DNA from: Escherichia coli | GTDB taxonomy: Bacteria; Pseudomonadota; Gammaproteobacteria; Enterobacterales; Enterobacteriaceae | Direction: 5' to 3' (one strand) | NCBI RefSeq assembly: GCF_050920415.1 | Contig: NZ_CP169309.1 | DNA: 64,000 nt | In this document: positions 49,124 through 64,000 of the stretch, one piece after another | Layout of the letters: every line of letters begins with the position of its first letter | How positions within the stretch are numbered: position 1 is the first letter of the stretch | The notes under the pieces: generated by a model | What the model saw: only the letters and a program-made list of their open reading frames with translations | What the model was told of the DNA's origin: nothing | Database searches by the model: none | Made by a program: the position numbers and the translations under genes

Positions 49124-50575
49124 TCATTCACGCCAGAAAGTCGGGGTAAAGAGCACCAGCAATGTAAAGACCTCGAGACGACCAAACAGCATGTTGGCAA
49201 TCAGGATCCATTTAGCCACCGGGTTCATACTGGTAAAGTTATCAGCAACCACGCCAAGCCCTGGCCCCAGGTTATTCAATGTCGCAACAACCGAGGCAAA
49301 GGCAGAAAAGTCATCCACACCCGTGGCGATAATCGCCAGCATACTGACAATAAACACCAATGCATAGGCGGAGAAAAATCCCCAAACGGCTTCGAGGATA
49401 CGTTCCGGCAGTGCGCGATTCCCCAGCTTAATGCTATACACGGCGTTCGGATGCACCAGTCGTTTCAGCTCACGGTTCCCCTGCTTAAACAGCAGCAGAA
49501 TGCGGATCACTTTCAGGCCACCGCCCGTAGACCCGGCGCAACCGCCAATAAATGCTGAACATAAAAGCAGTACCGGCAAAAAGAGCGGCCAGCGGGCAAT
49601 GCTGTCAGTCGTAAACCCGGCGGTTGTCGCCATCGACACCACCTGAAAAAACGCCTGGTTAATTGTCATCAGCGCCGAACTATAGACATTATGAAACCAC
49701 AGCACGAGGGTACAAATAACCACCAGCGTAAACTGTACGCCGATAAACATGCGAAATTCCGGATCGCGCCAATAAACCTTCAGACTACGCCCACTTAACA
49801 GCGAAAAGTGCAGACCGTAGTTACAGCCGGAGATCAGCAGGAAGATAGCAATGATGGTGTTAATAGTCGGGCTGTCGAAATAACCGATACTGGCATCATG
49901 TGTCGAGAAGCCGCCAATAGCGATAGTCGCAAAGCTATGGCCGATGGCATCAAAGGCATCCATTCCGGCAAACCACAACGCCAGCGCACAGGCGACGGTC
50001 AGCAAGACATAAATCAACCACAGGGTTTTCGCCGTTTCCGCAATTCGCGGGCGCATTTTGTTATCTTTCAGCGGGCCGGGCATTTCTGCGCGATAGAGCT
50101 GCATCCCACCCACGCCGAGGATAGGCAGTATCGCAACCGCCAACACGATGATCCCCATCCCGCCAAACCATTGCAGCATCTGGCGATAAAAGAGGATGGC
50201 GTGAGGGAGCGAATCCAGCCCCACCAGCGTAGTGGCTCCCGTGGTGGTCAGGCCAGAGAAAGATTCAAAAAATGCATCGGTAATCGTGAGGTTTGGGCTT
50301 TCCGAGAAGATAAAAGGGAGCGCACCGACGCTACCCAGCACGGTCCAGAACAGCACCACTATCAGAAACCCTTCACGGGATTTCAGTTCGCCCTTCTCTT
50401 TGCGGTTCGGCCACCACAGCATAGAGCCAATGGCGAGGGCGACAAAAAAGGTCTGGGTAAAAGCGCGGCCCGCTCCATCCCGGTAGATGAGTGCTACCAG
50501 CCCAGGGATAATCATGGTCCCTGAAAATAAGATGACCAGTAGTCCAACGATTCGGGTAATGGCGCGAAAATGCAT
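49124..50575 (-). CDS. trkH: Potassium uptake protein TrkH
   Basis: 483 aa polytopic membrane protein. Confidence 0.95.
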   Translation of the reverse strand: MHFRAITRIVGLLVILFSGTMIIPGLVALIYRDGAGRAFTQTFFVALAIGSMLWWPNRKEKGELKSREGFLIVVLFWTVLGSVGALPFIFSESPNLTITDAFFESFSGLTTTGATTLVGLDSLPHAILFYRQMLQWFGGMGIIVLAVAILPILGVGGMQLYRAEMPGPLKDNKMRPRIAETAKTLWLIYVLLTVACALALWFAGMDAFDAIGHSFATIAIGGFSTHDASIGYFDSPTINTIIAIFLLISGCNYGLHFSLLSGRSLKVYWRDPEFRMFIGVQFTLVVICTLVLWFHNVYSSALMTINQAFFQVVSMATTAGFTTDSIARWPLFLPVLLLCSAFIGGCAGSTGGGLKVIRILLLFKQGNRELKRLVHPNAVYSIKLGNRALPERILEAVWGFFSAYALVFIVSMLAIIATGVDDFSAFASVVATLNNLGPGLGVVADNFTSMNPVAKWILIANMLFGRLEVFTLLVLFTPTFWRE

Positions 50576-50613
50576 CTCTGCCGCTTCCTTAGTTCTGCAA
50601 AACGAAGTGGGGA

Positions 50614-51228
50614 TTATTCTTCAATCGCTAACAATTGCAATGAACCACGGCTAAAATCCGCCAGCTTTGCGGAAAATTCAGCCACTTTCGCCGCCGGAAG
50701 CGCCACCCGCAGCAGAACGAATGCCTGATAATCACTGTTGATAATTTTGCCGCCACACTGCCCCAGCAACGCTTCAATGCCGGTTAACTGACTATATTCA
50801 CATTGCAAAGTATATTCGGTTAATGGCGTCTTGCGTTGGGTCGTTAGCTGGCGCAGTGCCTGATTCACGCCGCCGCCATACGCTTTCACTAACCCACCGG
50901 TGCCCAGCAATATGCCGCCGTAGTAGCGCACCACCACGGCGGTAATTTCCCCGACGCCGCTGCCCATAAGTTGGGCGAGCATCGGTTTACCTGCCGTTCC
51001 CGCCGGTTCCCCGTCATCAGAGAAACCCAGTTGTTGAGAATCATCCGGTGCGCCAGCTACCCACGCCACACAATGGTGGCGAGCATCGGGATGCTCTGCC
51101 CGCACCGATTCAACAAACGCTTTTGCCGCCTCGACGCCATCGGTATGCGCCAACAGCGTAATGAAGCGGCTTTTTTTGATCTCTTCAACAACCGTGACCG
51201 GTGCCGCAGGAATTAACCAGCTTTCCAT
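50614..51228 (-). CDS. yigZ: IMPACT-family protein YigZ
   Basis: 204 aa; overlaps pepQ stop. Confidence 0.88.
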   Translation of the reverse strand: MESWLIPAAPVTVVEEIKKSRFITLLAHTDGVEAAKAFVESVRAEHPDARHHCVAWVAGAPDDSQQLGFSDDGEPAGTAGKPMLAQLMGSGVGEITAVVVRYYGGILLGTGGLVKAYGGGVNQALRQLTTQRKTPLTEYTLQCEYSQLTGIEALLGQCGGKIINSDYQAFVLLRVALPAAKVAEFSAKLADFSRGSLQLLAIEE

Positions 51229-52559
51229 CACGCCAGTTTCAGATCCCGGGTCATGTTTTCCACGTTGTTTTCGTGGATCACCACGTTGTCTTCGATACGA
51301 ATGCCGCCGAACGGTTTCAGTGCTTCAATTTTCTGCCAATTGAAGTGTTTGCTGAACTGCCCTTCACGCCACGGTGCCAGCAGCGATTCGATGAAGTAGA
51401 TACCCGGTTCGATGGTTAAGACCATGCCCGGCTGGAGAATACGGGTGCAGCGCAGGTACGGATATTTTGCCGGTGCCGCGAGGTGCGTACCGCTATCATC
51501 CTGCATAAAACCGGCCACGTCATGCACCTGCAGGCCCAGCGGATGGCCGATACCGTGCGGCATAAACGGTCCGGTAAGATCATTTTCGACCATCGCCTCT
51601 TCACTCATATCGGTGATGATTTGATGTTTACGCAGCAGTTTGGCGATACGCTGATGGAACTGGATGTGGTAATCCACATAGCTGACGCCTGCTTTCATGG
51701 TAGCGATCAGCGCCAGTTGTTCATCATTTACGTCTTTCACCAGCTGTGCGTAGTCGTTGTCGCTTTTTGCCGACCAGGTACGGGTCAAGTCAGCCGCATA
51801 GCCGTTATATTCTGCCCCGGCATCCAGCAGGAAGCTGCGCATCTCTTCCGGAGCCTGATGGTCCAGTTTGGTGTAATGCAGTACCGCAGCATGTTCGTTG
51901 AGCGCCACAATGTTGCTGTAAGGCACGTCGGTATCACGATGACCGGTCGCGGTCAGATAGGCAATGTTGATATCGAACTCGCTCATGCCAGAACGGAACG
52001 CTTCTTCTGCCGCGCGATGACCGTTGACCGCCATTTTCTGCGCTTCACGCATACAGGCCAGTTCGTACTCGGTTTTGAAGGAGCGGTAGTAATGCAGGTA
52101 GTCGATCACCCCTTTCGGGTTGATATTGCTGGCCTCAATACCCAGTTGCAGCGCACGTTCCGGCACCGGGCCGATATACCCGATATTGCCGCGCGCAGCT
52201 GGCAACAGGCTACCAATGCCATCGGCTTTCGGCAGCGCAATTACTTCCACGTCCTCAGTCCAGAAGGAGGTCGGCAGTGGTTCGACGTTGTGCCAGTAAT
52301 CAACCGGCAGATAAAACCACAGTTTCGGCTTGTTCACGCCATCTACCAGCAACCAGCAGTTTGGCACCTGGGTTACCGGCACCCACGCTTTGAATTGCGG
52401 GTTCACTTTAAAAGGATAGGGATGATCGTCGAGAAAAACGTTGAACAGTTCGCCGGAGTGAATAAGTAACGCATCCAGTTTGAAGCGCGCCAGCGCATCG
52501 CGAGTCCGTTCCTGTAAGGTAGCTATATGATTTTTATAGAGCGAGGCCAGTGATTCCAT
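51228..52559 (-). CDS. pepQ: Xaa-Pro dipeptidase (prolidase)
   Basis: 443 aa M24 family; [13 protein letters not shown]. Confidence 0.95.
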
Positions 52560-52704
52560 TTTTTACCCTTCTGTTTTTTGACCTTAAGTCTCCGCATCTT
52601 AGCACAACGTTAATACAGAGCGTGATTTCTGCCGAGCGTGATCAGATTGGCATTTCTTTAATCTTTTATTTGCATATTTTTAACACAAAATACACACTTC
52701 GTTT

Positions 52705-52725
52705 CATCTGGTACGACCAGATCAC
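52705..52725 (+). promoter_or_regulatory. FadR operator in fadBA promoter
   Basis: CATCTGGTACGACCAGATCAC palindrome about 25 nt upstream of the fadB start. Confidence 0.8.
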
Positions 52726-52747
52726 CTTGCGGATTCAGGAGACTGAC

Positions 52748-54937
52748 ATGCTTTACAAAGGCGACACCCTGTACCTTGACTGGCTGGAAGATGGCATTGC
52801 CGAACTGGTATTTGATGCCCCAGGTTCAGTTAATAAACTCGACACTGCGACCGTCGCCAGCCTCGGCGAGGCCATCGGCGTGCTGGAACAGCAATCAGAT
52901 TTAAAAGGGCTGCTGCTGCGTTCGAATAAAGCAGCCTTTATCGTCGGTGCTGATATCACCGAATTCTTGTCCCTGTTCCTCGTTCCTGAAGAACAGTTAA
53001 GCCAGTGGCTGCATTTTGCCAATAGCGTGTTTAATCGCCTGGAAGATCTGCCGGTGCCGACCATTGCTGCCGTCAACGGCTATGCGCTGGGCGGTGGCTG
53101 CGAATGTGTGCTGGCGACCGATTATCGTCTGGCGACGCCAGATCTGCGCATCGGTCTGCCGGAAACCAAACTGGGCATCATGCCGGGCTTTGGCGGTTCT
53201 GTACGTATGCCACGTATGCTCGGTGCTGATAGTGCGCTGGAAATCATTGCCGCCGGTAAAGATGTCGGCGCGGATCAGGCGCTGAAAATCGGTCTGGTGG
53301 ATGGCGTAGTCAAAGCAGAAAAACTGGTTGAAGGCGCGAAGGCAATTTTACGTCAGGCCATTAACGGCGACCTCGACTGGAAAGCGAAACGTCAGCCGAA
53401 GCTGGAACCGCTAAAACTGAGCAAGATTGAAGCCACCATGAGCTTCACCATCGCTAAAGGAATGGTCGCACAAACAGCAGGGAAACATTACCCCGCACCC
53501 ATCACCGCAGTAAAAACCATTGAAGCTGCGGCCCGTTTTGGTCGTGAAGAAGCCTTAAACCTGGAAAACAAAAGTTTTGTCCCGCTGGCGCATACCAACG
53601 AAGCTCGCGCACTGGTCGGCATTTTCCTTAACGATCAATATGTAAAAGGTAAAGCGAAGAAACTCACCAAAGATGTTGAAACCCCGAAACAGGCCGCTGT
53701 GCTGGGCGCAGGCATTATGGGCGGCGGCATCGCTTACCAGTCTGCGTGGAAAGGCGTGCCGGTTGTCATGAAAGATATCAACGACAAGTCGTTAACCCTC
53801 GGCATGACCGAAGCCGCGAAACTGCTGAACAAGCAGCTTGAGCGCGGCAAGATCGACGGTCTGAAACTGGCTGGCGTGATCTCCACGATTCATCCAACGC
53901 TCGACTACGCCGGGTTTGATCGCGTGGACGTTGTGGTAGAAGCGGTTGTCGAAAACCCGAAAGTGAAAAAAGCCGTGCTGGCAGAAACCGAGCAGAAAGT
54001 ACGCCCGGATACCGTGCTGGCTTCCAATACTTCAACCATTCCTATCAGCGAACTGGCCAACGCGCTGGAACGCCCGGAAAACTTCTGCGGGATGCATTTC
54101 TTTAACCCAGTGCACCGGATGCCGTTGGTGGAAATTATTCGCGGTGAGAAAAGCTCCGACGAAACCATCGCGAAAGTTGTCGCATGGGCGAGCAAGATGG
54201 GTAAAACGCCAATTGTGGTTAATGACTGCCCCGGCTTCTTTGTTAACCGCGTGCTGTTCCCCTATTTCGCCGGTTTCAGCCAGCTGCTGCGCGACGGCGC
54301 GGATTTTCGCAAGATCGACAAAGTGATGGAAAAACAGTTCGGCTGGCCGATGGGTCCGGCATACTTGCTGGATGTCGTGGGCATTGATACCGCGCATCAC
54401 GCCCAGGCAGTGATGGCAGCAGGTTTCCCGCAGCGGATGCAGAAAGATTATCGCGATGCCATCGACGCACTGTTTGATGCCAAGCGTTTTGGTCAGAAGA
54501 ACGGCCTCGGTTTCTGGCGTTATAAAGAAGACAGCAAAGGTAAGCCGAAGAAAGAAGAAGATGCCGCCGTTGACGACCTGCTGGCAGAAGTCAGCCAGCC
54601 GAAGCGCGATTTCAGCGAAGAAGAGATTATCGCCCGCATGATGATCCCGATGGTCAACGAAGTGGTGCGCTGTCTGGAAGAAGGCATTATCGCCACTCCG
54701 GCAGAAGCGGATATGGCGCTGGTCTACGGCCTGGGCTTCCCTCCGTTCCACGGCGGCGCGTTCCGCTGGCTGGACACCCTCGGTAGCGCAAAATACCTCG
54801 ATATGGCACAACAATATCAGCACCTCGGCCCGCTGTATGAAGTGCCGGAAGGTCTGCGTAATAAAGCGCGTCATAACGAACCGTACTATCCCCCGGTTGA
54901 GCCAGCCCGTCCGGTTGGCGACCTGAAAACGGCTTAA
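52748..54937 (+). CDS. fadB: Fatty acid oxidation complex alpha subunit (enoyl-CoA hydratase / 3-hydroxyacyl-CoA dehydrogenase)
   Basis: 729 aa from [12 protein letters not shown]; the ORF-track start at 52550 is an upstream in-frame extension. Confidence 0.96.
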   Translation: MLYKGDTLYLDWLEDGIAELVFDAPGSVNKLDTATVASLGEAIGVLEQQSDLKGLLLRSNKAAFIVGADITEFLSLFLVPEEQLSQWLHFANSVFNRLEDLPVPTIAAVNGYALGGGCECVLATDYRLATPDLRIGLPETKLGIMPGFGGSVRMPRMLGADSALEIIAAGKDVGADQALKIGLVDGVVKAEKLVEGAKAILRQAINGDLDWKAKRQPKLEPLKLSKIEATMSFTIAKGMVAQTAGKHYPAPITAVKTIEAAARFGREEALNLENKSFVPLAHTNEARALVGIFLNDQYVKGKAKKLTKDVETPKQAAVLGAGIMGGGIAYQSAWKGVPVVMKDINDKSLTLGMTEAAKLLNKQLERGKIDGLKLAGVISTIHPTLDYAGFDRVDVVVEAVVENPKVKKAVLAETEQKVRPDTVLASNTSTIPISELANALERPENFCGMHFFNPVHRMPLVEIIRGEKSSDETIAKVVAWASKMGKTPIVVNDCPGFFVNRVLFPYFAGFSQLLRDGADFRKIDKVMEKQFGWPMGPAYLLDVVGIDTAHHAQAVMAAGFPQRMQKDYRDAIDALFDAKRFGQKNGLGFWRYKEDSKGKPKKEEDAAVDDLLAEVSQPKRDFSEEEIIARMMIPMVNEVVRCLEEGIIATPAEADMALVYGLGFPPFHGGAFRWLDTLGSAKYLDMAQQYQHLGPLYEVPEGLRNKARHNEPYYPPVEPARPVGDLKTA

Positions 54938-56110
<1,173 letters not shown>

Positions 56111-56115
56111 CCACT

Positions 56116-57600
<1,485 letters not shown>

Positions 57601-57640
57601 GATCTAAATGCCACTGTATAAAGTTTTAGTTGCCGTTCTT

Positions 57641-57666
57641 CCCGCCTGTCAGGGGCGGGTTTTTTA
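57641..57666 (+). terminator. Rho-independent terminator between the BIME and fre (likely the fadBA terminator)
   Basis: Hairpin cccgcctgtcaggggcggg followed by TTTTTTAT. Confidence 0.7.
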
Positions 57667-57670
57667 TATC

Positions 57671-58372
57671 TCAGATAAACGCAAACGCATCGCCAAACAG
57701 GCGGTCTTCCCGCGCATTACGCTCACTGCAAAACAGGTCACGGGCAATTTTCGCCATCTCAAAACGCCCGGCAATGTAGATATCATGCTCTGCCAGGGTA
57801 CCGTGATCTTGCAATACCGCCGTTAACACGGTGCCAGTACGCCCACGCCAACCCGCTTCCGGTTGTTCAACCACCGGCACCACTTGCAGACCAGGATGCT
57901 TCAGCGAAAGCGCCTCAAGCTCGGAGAGATCATAAAGATGCTGCTCTTCACGCCCGCCCCAGTAAATGGTGATATCACGGTTTGGGTTACGCGCCAGCGC
58001 CGTCAGCAAAATCGAGCGCGCATAAGAGAAGCCTGTACCGCCCGCAATCAAAATCATCGGACGCTCTTCATCATCGCGCAGCCACGCTTCTCCGTGGGGA
58101 ATATCGACCACGATTTGATGATCTTTGAGGATGCGGTCCATGACTGCTTTCGCGTAAAGGTTGATTTCAGAAGCGCCAATATGCAGCTCGATAAACTCTT
58201 TTTCATCCGGCGTCGAAGCCATTGAGAATGGACGTTTATCGCGCTCATCCATCACCACCATCAAATACTGACCAGCACGAAAAGAAAAGGCCGCGTCTGG
58301 CACGATGCGGACACGATATACGGTATCGGTGATAGCTTCTACCGAGGTCACTTTACAGCTTAAGGTTGTCAT
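57671..58372 (-). CDS. fre: NAD(P)H-flavin reductase
   Basis: 233 aa from [21 protein letters not shown]. Confidence 0.93.
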   Translation of the reverse strand: MTTLSCKVTSVEAITDTVYRVRIVPDAAFSFRAGQYLMVVMDERDKRPFSMASTPDEKEFIELHIGASEINLYAKAVMDRILKDHQIVVDIPHGEAWLRDDEERPMILIAGGTGFSYARSILLTALARNPNRDITIYWGGREEQHLYDLSELEALSLKHPGLQVVPVVEQPEAGWRGRTGTVLTAVLQDHGTLAEHDIYIAGRFEMAKIARDLFCSERNAREDRLFGDAFAFI

Positions 58373-58417
58373 GCGCTTTCTCTGTCGGATCGATAAATAG
58401 GGCAAAACAAACGCGCA

Positions 58418-59911
58418 TCAGGCGCTTTTACCGTTGTTAAAAATAGCCAGTTCATCCCAGATGGCGTCAATATGCGCGACAACATCCGGATCTTTTTTGA
58501 TGGGACGTCCCCATTCACGCTGGGTTTCCCCTGGCCATTTATTCGTGGCATCCAGCCCCATTTTTGAACCCAGCCCGGAGACAGGCGAGGCAAAATCCAG
58601 ATAATCAATAGGCGTATTTTCGACCAACACCGTGTCCCGCGCCGGGTCCATACGGGTGGTAATCGCCCAAATCACATCGTTCCAGTCGCGTGCGTTGACG
58701 TCATCATCGCAAACGATCACAAATTTAGTGTACATAAACTGGCGTAAGAACGACCAGACGCCCATCATGACGCGCTTCGCGTGTCCGGCGTACTGTTTTT
58801 TGATTGTCACTACCGCCAGACGATATGAACAGCCTTCCGGCGGCAGGTAAAAATCGACAATTTCCGGGAACTGTTTTTGCAGAATCGGCACGAACACTTC
58901 GTTCAACGCTACGCCCAGTACCGCGGGTTCATCTGGCGGACGCCCGGTATAGGTGGAATGGTAAATCGCATCTTCACGCTGGGTAATATGCGTCACGGTG
59001 AATACCGGGAAACTATCGACTTCGTTATAGTAACCGGTGTGGTCGCCATACGGCCCTTCCGGCGCCGTTTCACCTTGTTCGATATACCCTTCCAGCACAA
59101 TCTCCGCACTGGCGGGCACTTCAAGGTCATTGGAGATACACTTCACCACTTCGGTCTTGGTGCCGCGCAGCAATCCGGCAAACGCATACTCTGAAAGCGT
59201 ATCCGGAACGGGGGTGACTGCACCGAGAATCGTGGCGGGATCAGCACCCAGCGCCACAGAAACCGGGAAACGTTCGCCCGGATGCGCCGCACACCACTCC
59301 TGATAATCCAGCGCGCCGCCGCGATGCGACAGCCAGCGCATAATCAGTTTGTTTTTACCAATTAGCTGCTGGCGATAAATGCCCAGATTCTGCCGCTCTT
59401 TATGCGGGCCGCGCGTCACTGTCAGCCCCCAGGTAATCAGCGGCGCGGCATCTTCCGGCCAGCAGGTCATAATGGGAATGCGATTGAGATCGACGTCATC
59501 GCCAGAGACGATTTTTTGTTGGCAGGGCGCACCACGCAGTCGCTTTGTCGGCATGTTCAATACTTGTTTAAACTGCGGCAGTTTATCAAACAGGTCGCGG
59601 AAACCTTTTGGCGGCTCCGGCTCTTTCAGAAAAGCCAATAATTTACCCACTTCACGCAGCGCCGAAACATCTTCCTGCCCCATGCCCATCGCCACGCGCT
59701 TCGGCGTACCGAACAGGTTGCAAAGCACCGGCATTGAGTACCCTTTAGGGTTTTCGAATAACAGCGCAGGCCCACCGGCACGCAAAGTGCGGTCAGCAAT
59801 TTCAGTGATTTCCAGATGCGGATCCACCGGGAGCGTGATACGTTTTAGCTCACCCTGCTGTTCAAGCAGCGTCAGGAAGTCGCGTAAATCGTTATATTTC
59901 ATGGCATCCAT
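58418..59911 (-). CDS. ubiD: 4-hydroxy-3-polyprenylbenzoate decarboxylase
   Basis: 497 aa UbiD family. Confidence 0.95.
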   Translation of the reverse strand: MDAMKYNDLRDFLTLLEQQGELKRITLPVDPHLEITEIADRTLRAGGPALLFENPKGYSMPVLCNLFGTPKRVAMGMGQEDVSALREVGKLLAFLKEPEPPKGFRDLFDKLPQFKQVLNMPTKRLRGAPCQQKIVSGDDVDLNRIPIMTCWPEDAAPLITWGLTVTRGPHKERQNLGIYRQQLIGKNKLIMRWLSHRGGALDYQEWCAAHPGERFPVSVALGADPATILGAVTPVPDTLSEYAFAGLLRGTKTEVVKCISNDLEVPASAEIVLEGYIEQGETAPEGPYGDHTGYYNEVDSFPVFTVTHITQREDAIYHSTYTGRPPDEPAVLGVALNEVFVPILQKQFPEIVDFYLPPEGCSYRLAVVTIKKQYAGHAKRVMMGVWSFLRQFMYTKFVIVCDDDVNARDWNDVIWAITTRMDPARDTVLVENTPIDYLDFASPVSGLGSKMGLDATNKWPGETQREWGRPIKKDPDVVAHIDAIWDELAIFNNGKSA

Positions 59912-60032
59912 TGTAGCCTCTTAGTCTGCGCCCATTATACGGCGTTCATCTTTGCGATGCTGTAAATTTGTTAAATTAGCGTGAACTCTGACGGTATAAC
60001 GCAAACCGGGGAATATAATTAACTTAGCGTAA

Positions 60033-61345
<1,313 letters not shown>

Positions 61346-61386
61346 CCTGTACTCCATATGACAACCGCCCTGACGGGCGGTTGAAT

Positions 61387-62163
61387 TTATTCTTCAGTTT
61401 TTTCGCTTTCTGCTTCAGCGTCGTTTTCCTCTTCCCGGTTTCGACCCTTACCAACGTAAAAGCGTGAGAAGAAGACACCGATTTCAAACAGGCAGTACAT
61501 CGGGATCGCCAGCAGCGTTTGCGAGAAGACATCCGGCGGCGTCAGCAGCATCCCGACAACAAATGCGCCAACCAGCACATACGGACGTTTTTTGCGTAAG
61601 TCTTCTGGCGAGGTAATTCCCATCCAGCACAGCAGCACAATTGCCACCGGCACTTCAAAGGAGACACCAAACGCCATAAACAGCGCCATAACGAAGCTTA
61701 AATAGCTGGCGATGTCGGTGGATACCTGTACCCCTTCCGGCGCGGTATTGGCAAGGAAGCCAAATGCCAGCGGAAAGACCACAAAGTAGGCGAACGCCAT
61801 GCCGATATAAAACAACAGAGAGCTGGAAACCAGCAGCGGCACCACCAGGCGACGTTCATGCTTATACAGCGCTGGGGCGATAAACGCCCAGACCTGATAG
61901 AGAATCACCGGCGCTGACAGAATCAGCGACACCATAAAGGTCAGCTTGATCGGCGTAAAGAACGGCGAGGCCACGTCAGTGGCGATCATCGTTGAGCCTT
62001 GCGGCAACTGCTTGATCAATGGCGCGGATACCAGGTGATAGATGTCATTGGCGAAATAGACCAGACACAGGAATATCACGATCACCGCGATAATGCAGTT
62101 CAGCAGACGCTTACGCAGCTCAATCAGATGCGTGATAAGCGGTTGAGTATCTTCTACAGACAT
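61387..62163 (-). CDS. tatC: Sec-independent protein translocase subunit TatC
   Basis: 258 aa polytopic membrane protein. Confidence 0.95.
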
Positions 62164-62175
62164 GTTTACGGTTTA

Positions 62176-62682
62176 TCACTCGACGAAGGGGGAAGGTGCA
62201 GCGGTTTTCGGTTCAGCGTCCGCAGCAGGTTTTACCACCGGCTCTGGCGTGGTTTCTGGCTTCTGTTCCGGCGAACTGGCCTGCGTTTGTGCAGCGGCAG
62301 GCGTTACGCCTTCATGCGCAGCTTCATTATCTTTCACCACCGGGTTATGGATGGTGTGCGCTTCATCGCTCGCCTTTTCAGGATCGTTTGCAACGTAGGA
62401 ACGCTTCATCGACTCCGCGGCCTGGCGTAGTTCATCCATCGACGCTTTCAGTTCGGGCGTCAGGTTAGTGAGGCTCGCCTTTTCAACCTTTTTCAGGCTG
62501 TCCTGAAACTCCTGGAGTTTTAACTCCTGGGTCAGTTCGTTCTGCACCGTTGTCGCCAGTGAACGCAACGCGCGAATCCAGCCAGCTACCGTTTTTACCG
62601 CCACAGGCAGTCGTTGCGGCCCCAGAACGACGAGGCCGATGATGAACACCAATAGCAGTTCGCTAAAACCGATATCAAACAC
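62176..62682 (-). CDS. tatB: Sec-independent protein translocase subunit TatB (C-terminus differs from my recollection of K-12)
   Basis: [26 protein letters not shown]; 168 aa ending ...APSPFVE, see findings. Confidence 0.9.
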   Translation of the reverse strand: MFDIGFSELLLVFIIGLVVLGPQRLPVAVKTVAGWIRALRSLATTVQNELTQELKLQEFQDSLKKVEKASLTNLTPELKASMDELRQAAESMKRSYVANDPEKASDEAHTIHNPVVKDNEAAHEGVTPAAAQTQASSPEQKPETTPEPVVKPAADAEPKTAAPSPFVE

Positions 62683-62685
62683 GGA

Positions 62686-62955
62686 TTACACCTGCTCTTT
62701 ATCGTGGCGCTTCGCGTCTTCTGTTTTAGCCTGTTCCTGATTCGTATCCGCCTGCTTATCGGCGATAGTTTTCGCAGTAAAATCAGCATCCTGACTGGTT
62801 TTATCCTGCTTTGGTTCATCATCGCTCATTGCTTTTTTAAAGCCTTTGATCGACGCACCAAGATCGGAACCGATGGAGCCGAGCTTTTTGGTGCCAAAAA
62901 GCAGTACAACGATGACGGCAATAATCAATAACTGCCAAATACTGATACCACCCAT
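62686..62955 (-). CDS. tatA: Sec-independent protein translocase subunit TatA
   Basis: 89 aa from [26 protein letters not shown]. Confidence 0.93.
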   Translation of the reverse strand: MGGISIWQLLIIAVIVVLLFGTKKLGSIGSDLGASIKGFKKAMSDDEPKQDKTSQDADFTAKTIADKQADTNQEQAKTEDAKRHDKEQV

Positions 62956-63033
62956 ACATGTTCCTCTGTGGTAGATGATGATTAAACAAGGCCGCATTAT
63001 ACGTTACACGGCCCGCCTTGAGCGATGAAAAAA

Positions 63034-64000
<967 letters not shown>

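Noticed and set aside
52550-52747. N-terminal 66-codon extension of the fadB ORF
   Set aside because: Extension covers the FadR operator and promoter; the conserved FadB N-terminus begins at [12 protein letters not shown] (52748).

Overview
This window is an Escherichia coli-type chromosomal segment, syntenic with the K-12 fdhE to ubiB region but in reverse orientation. All gene names below are assigned from my reading of the translated ORFs and from recalled K-12 gene order; nothing was searched against a database. In order it contains: fdhE (3' part), yiiF, yiiE, an AT-rich islet, yiiD-dtd-yihY-yihX, the sulfoquinovose (sulfoglycolysis) cluster yihW-yihV / yihU-yihT-yihS-yihR-[extra permease]-yihQ-yihP-yihO-ompL, yihN-yihM-yihL, typA, glnA-glnL-glnG, hemN, yihI, csrC sRNA, engB, spf (Spot 42), polA, yihG, yihF, dsbA, srkA, yihD, mobAB, a complete rrnA-type rRNA operon on the minus strand (16S, tRNA-Ile, tRNA-Ala, 23S, 5S), hemG, trkH, yigZ, pepQ, fadBA, fre, ubiD, rfaH, tatDCBA and the 3' part of ubiB. 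Three things are not part of the K-12 layout as I recall it. (1) An AT-rich islet between yiiE and yiiD carries a 604-aa protein with a CKSAKDRT (CX5R) P-loop, the signature of inositol-polyphosphate 4-phosphatases and SopB/IpgD-type effectors; this is the strongest candidate for something undescribed. (2) A TauE/SafE (TSUP) family permease sits between yihR and yihQ inside the sulfoquinovose cluster. (3) An IS621-like IS110-family element is inserted in a REP/BIME array between fadA and fre, with a 5' non-coding region that matches my recollection of the IS621 bridge RNA and a transposase broken by two 1-bp deletions. A C-terminal frameshift in tatB relative to the K-12 sequence as I recall it is also present; together with the transposase indels it may reflect assembly error. 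No CRISPR array or prophage was seen.
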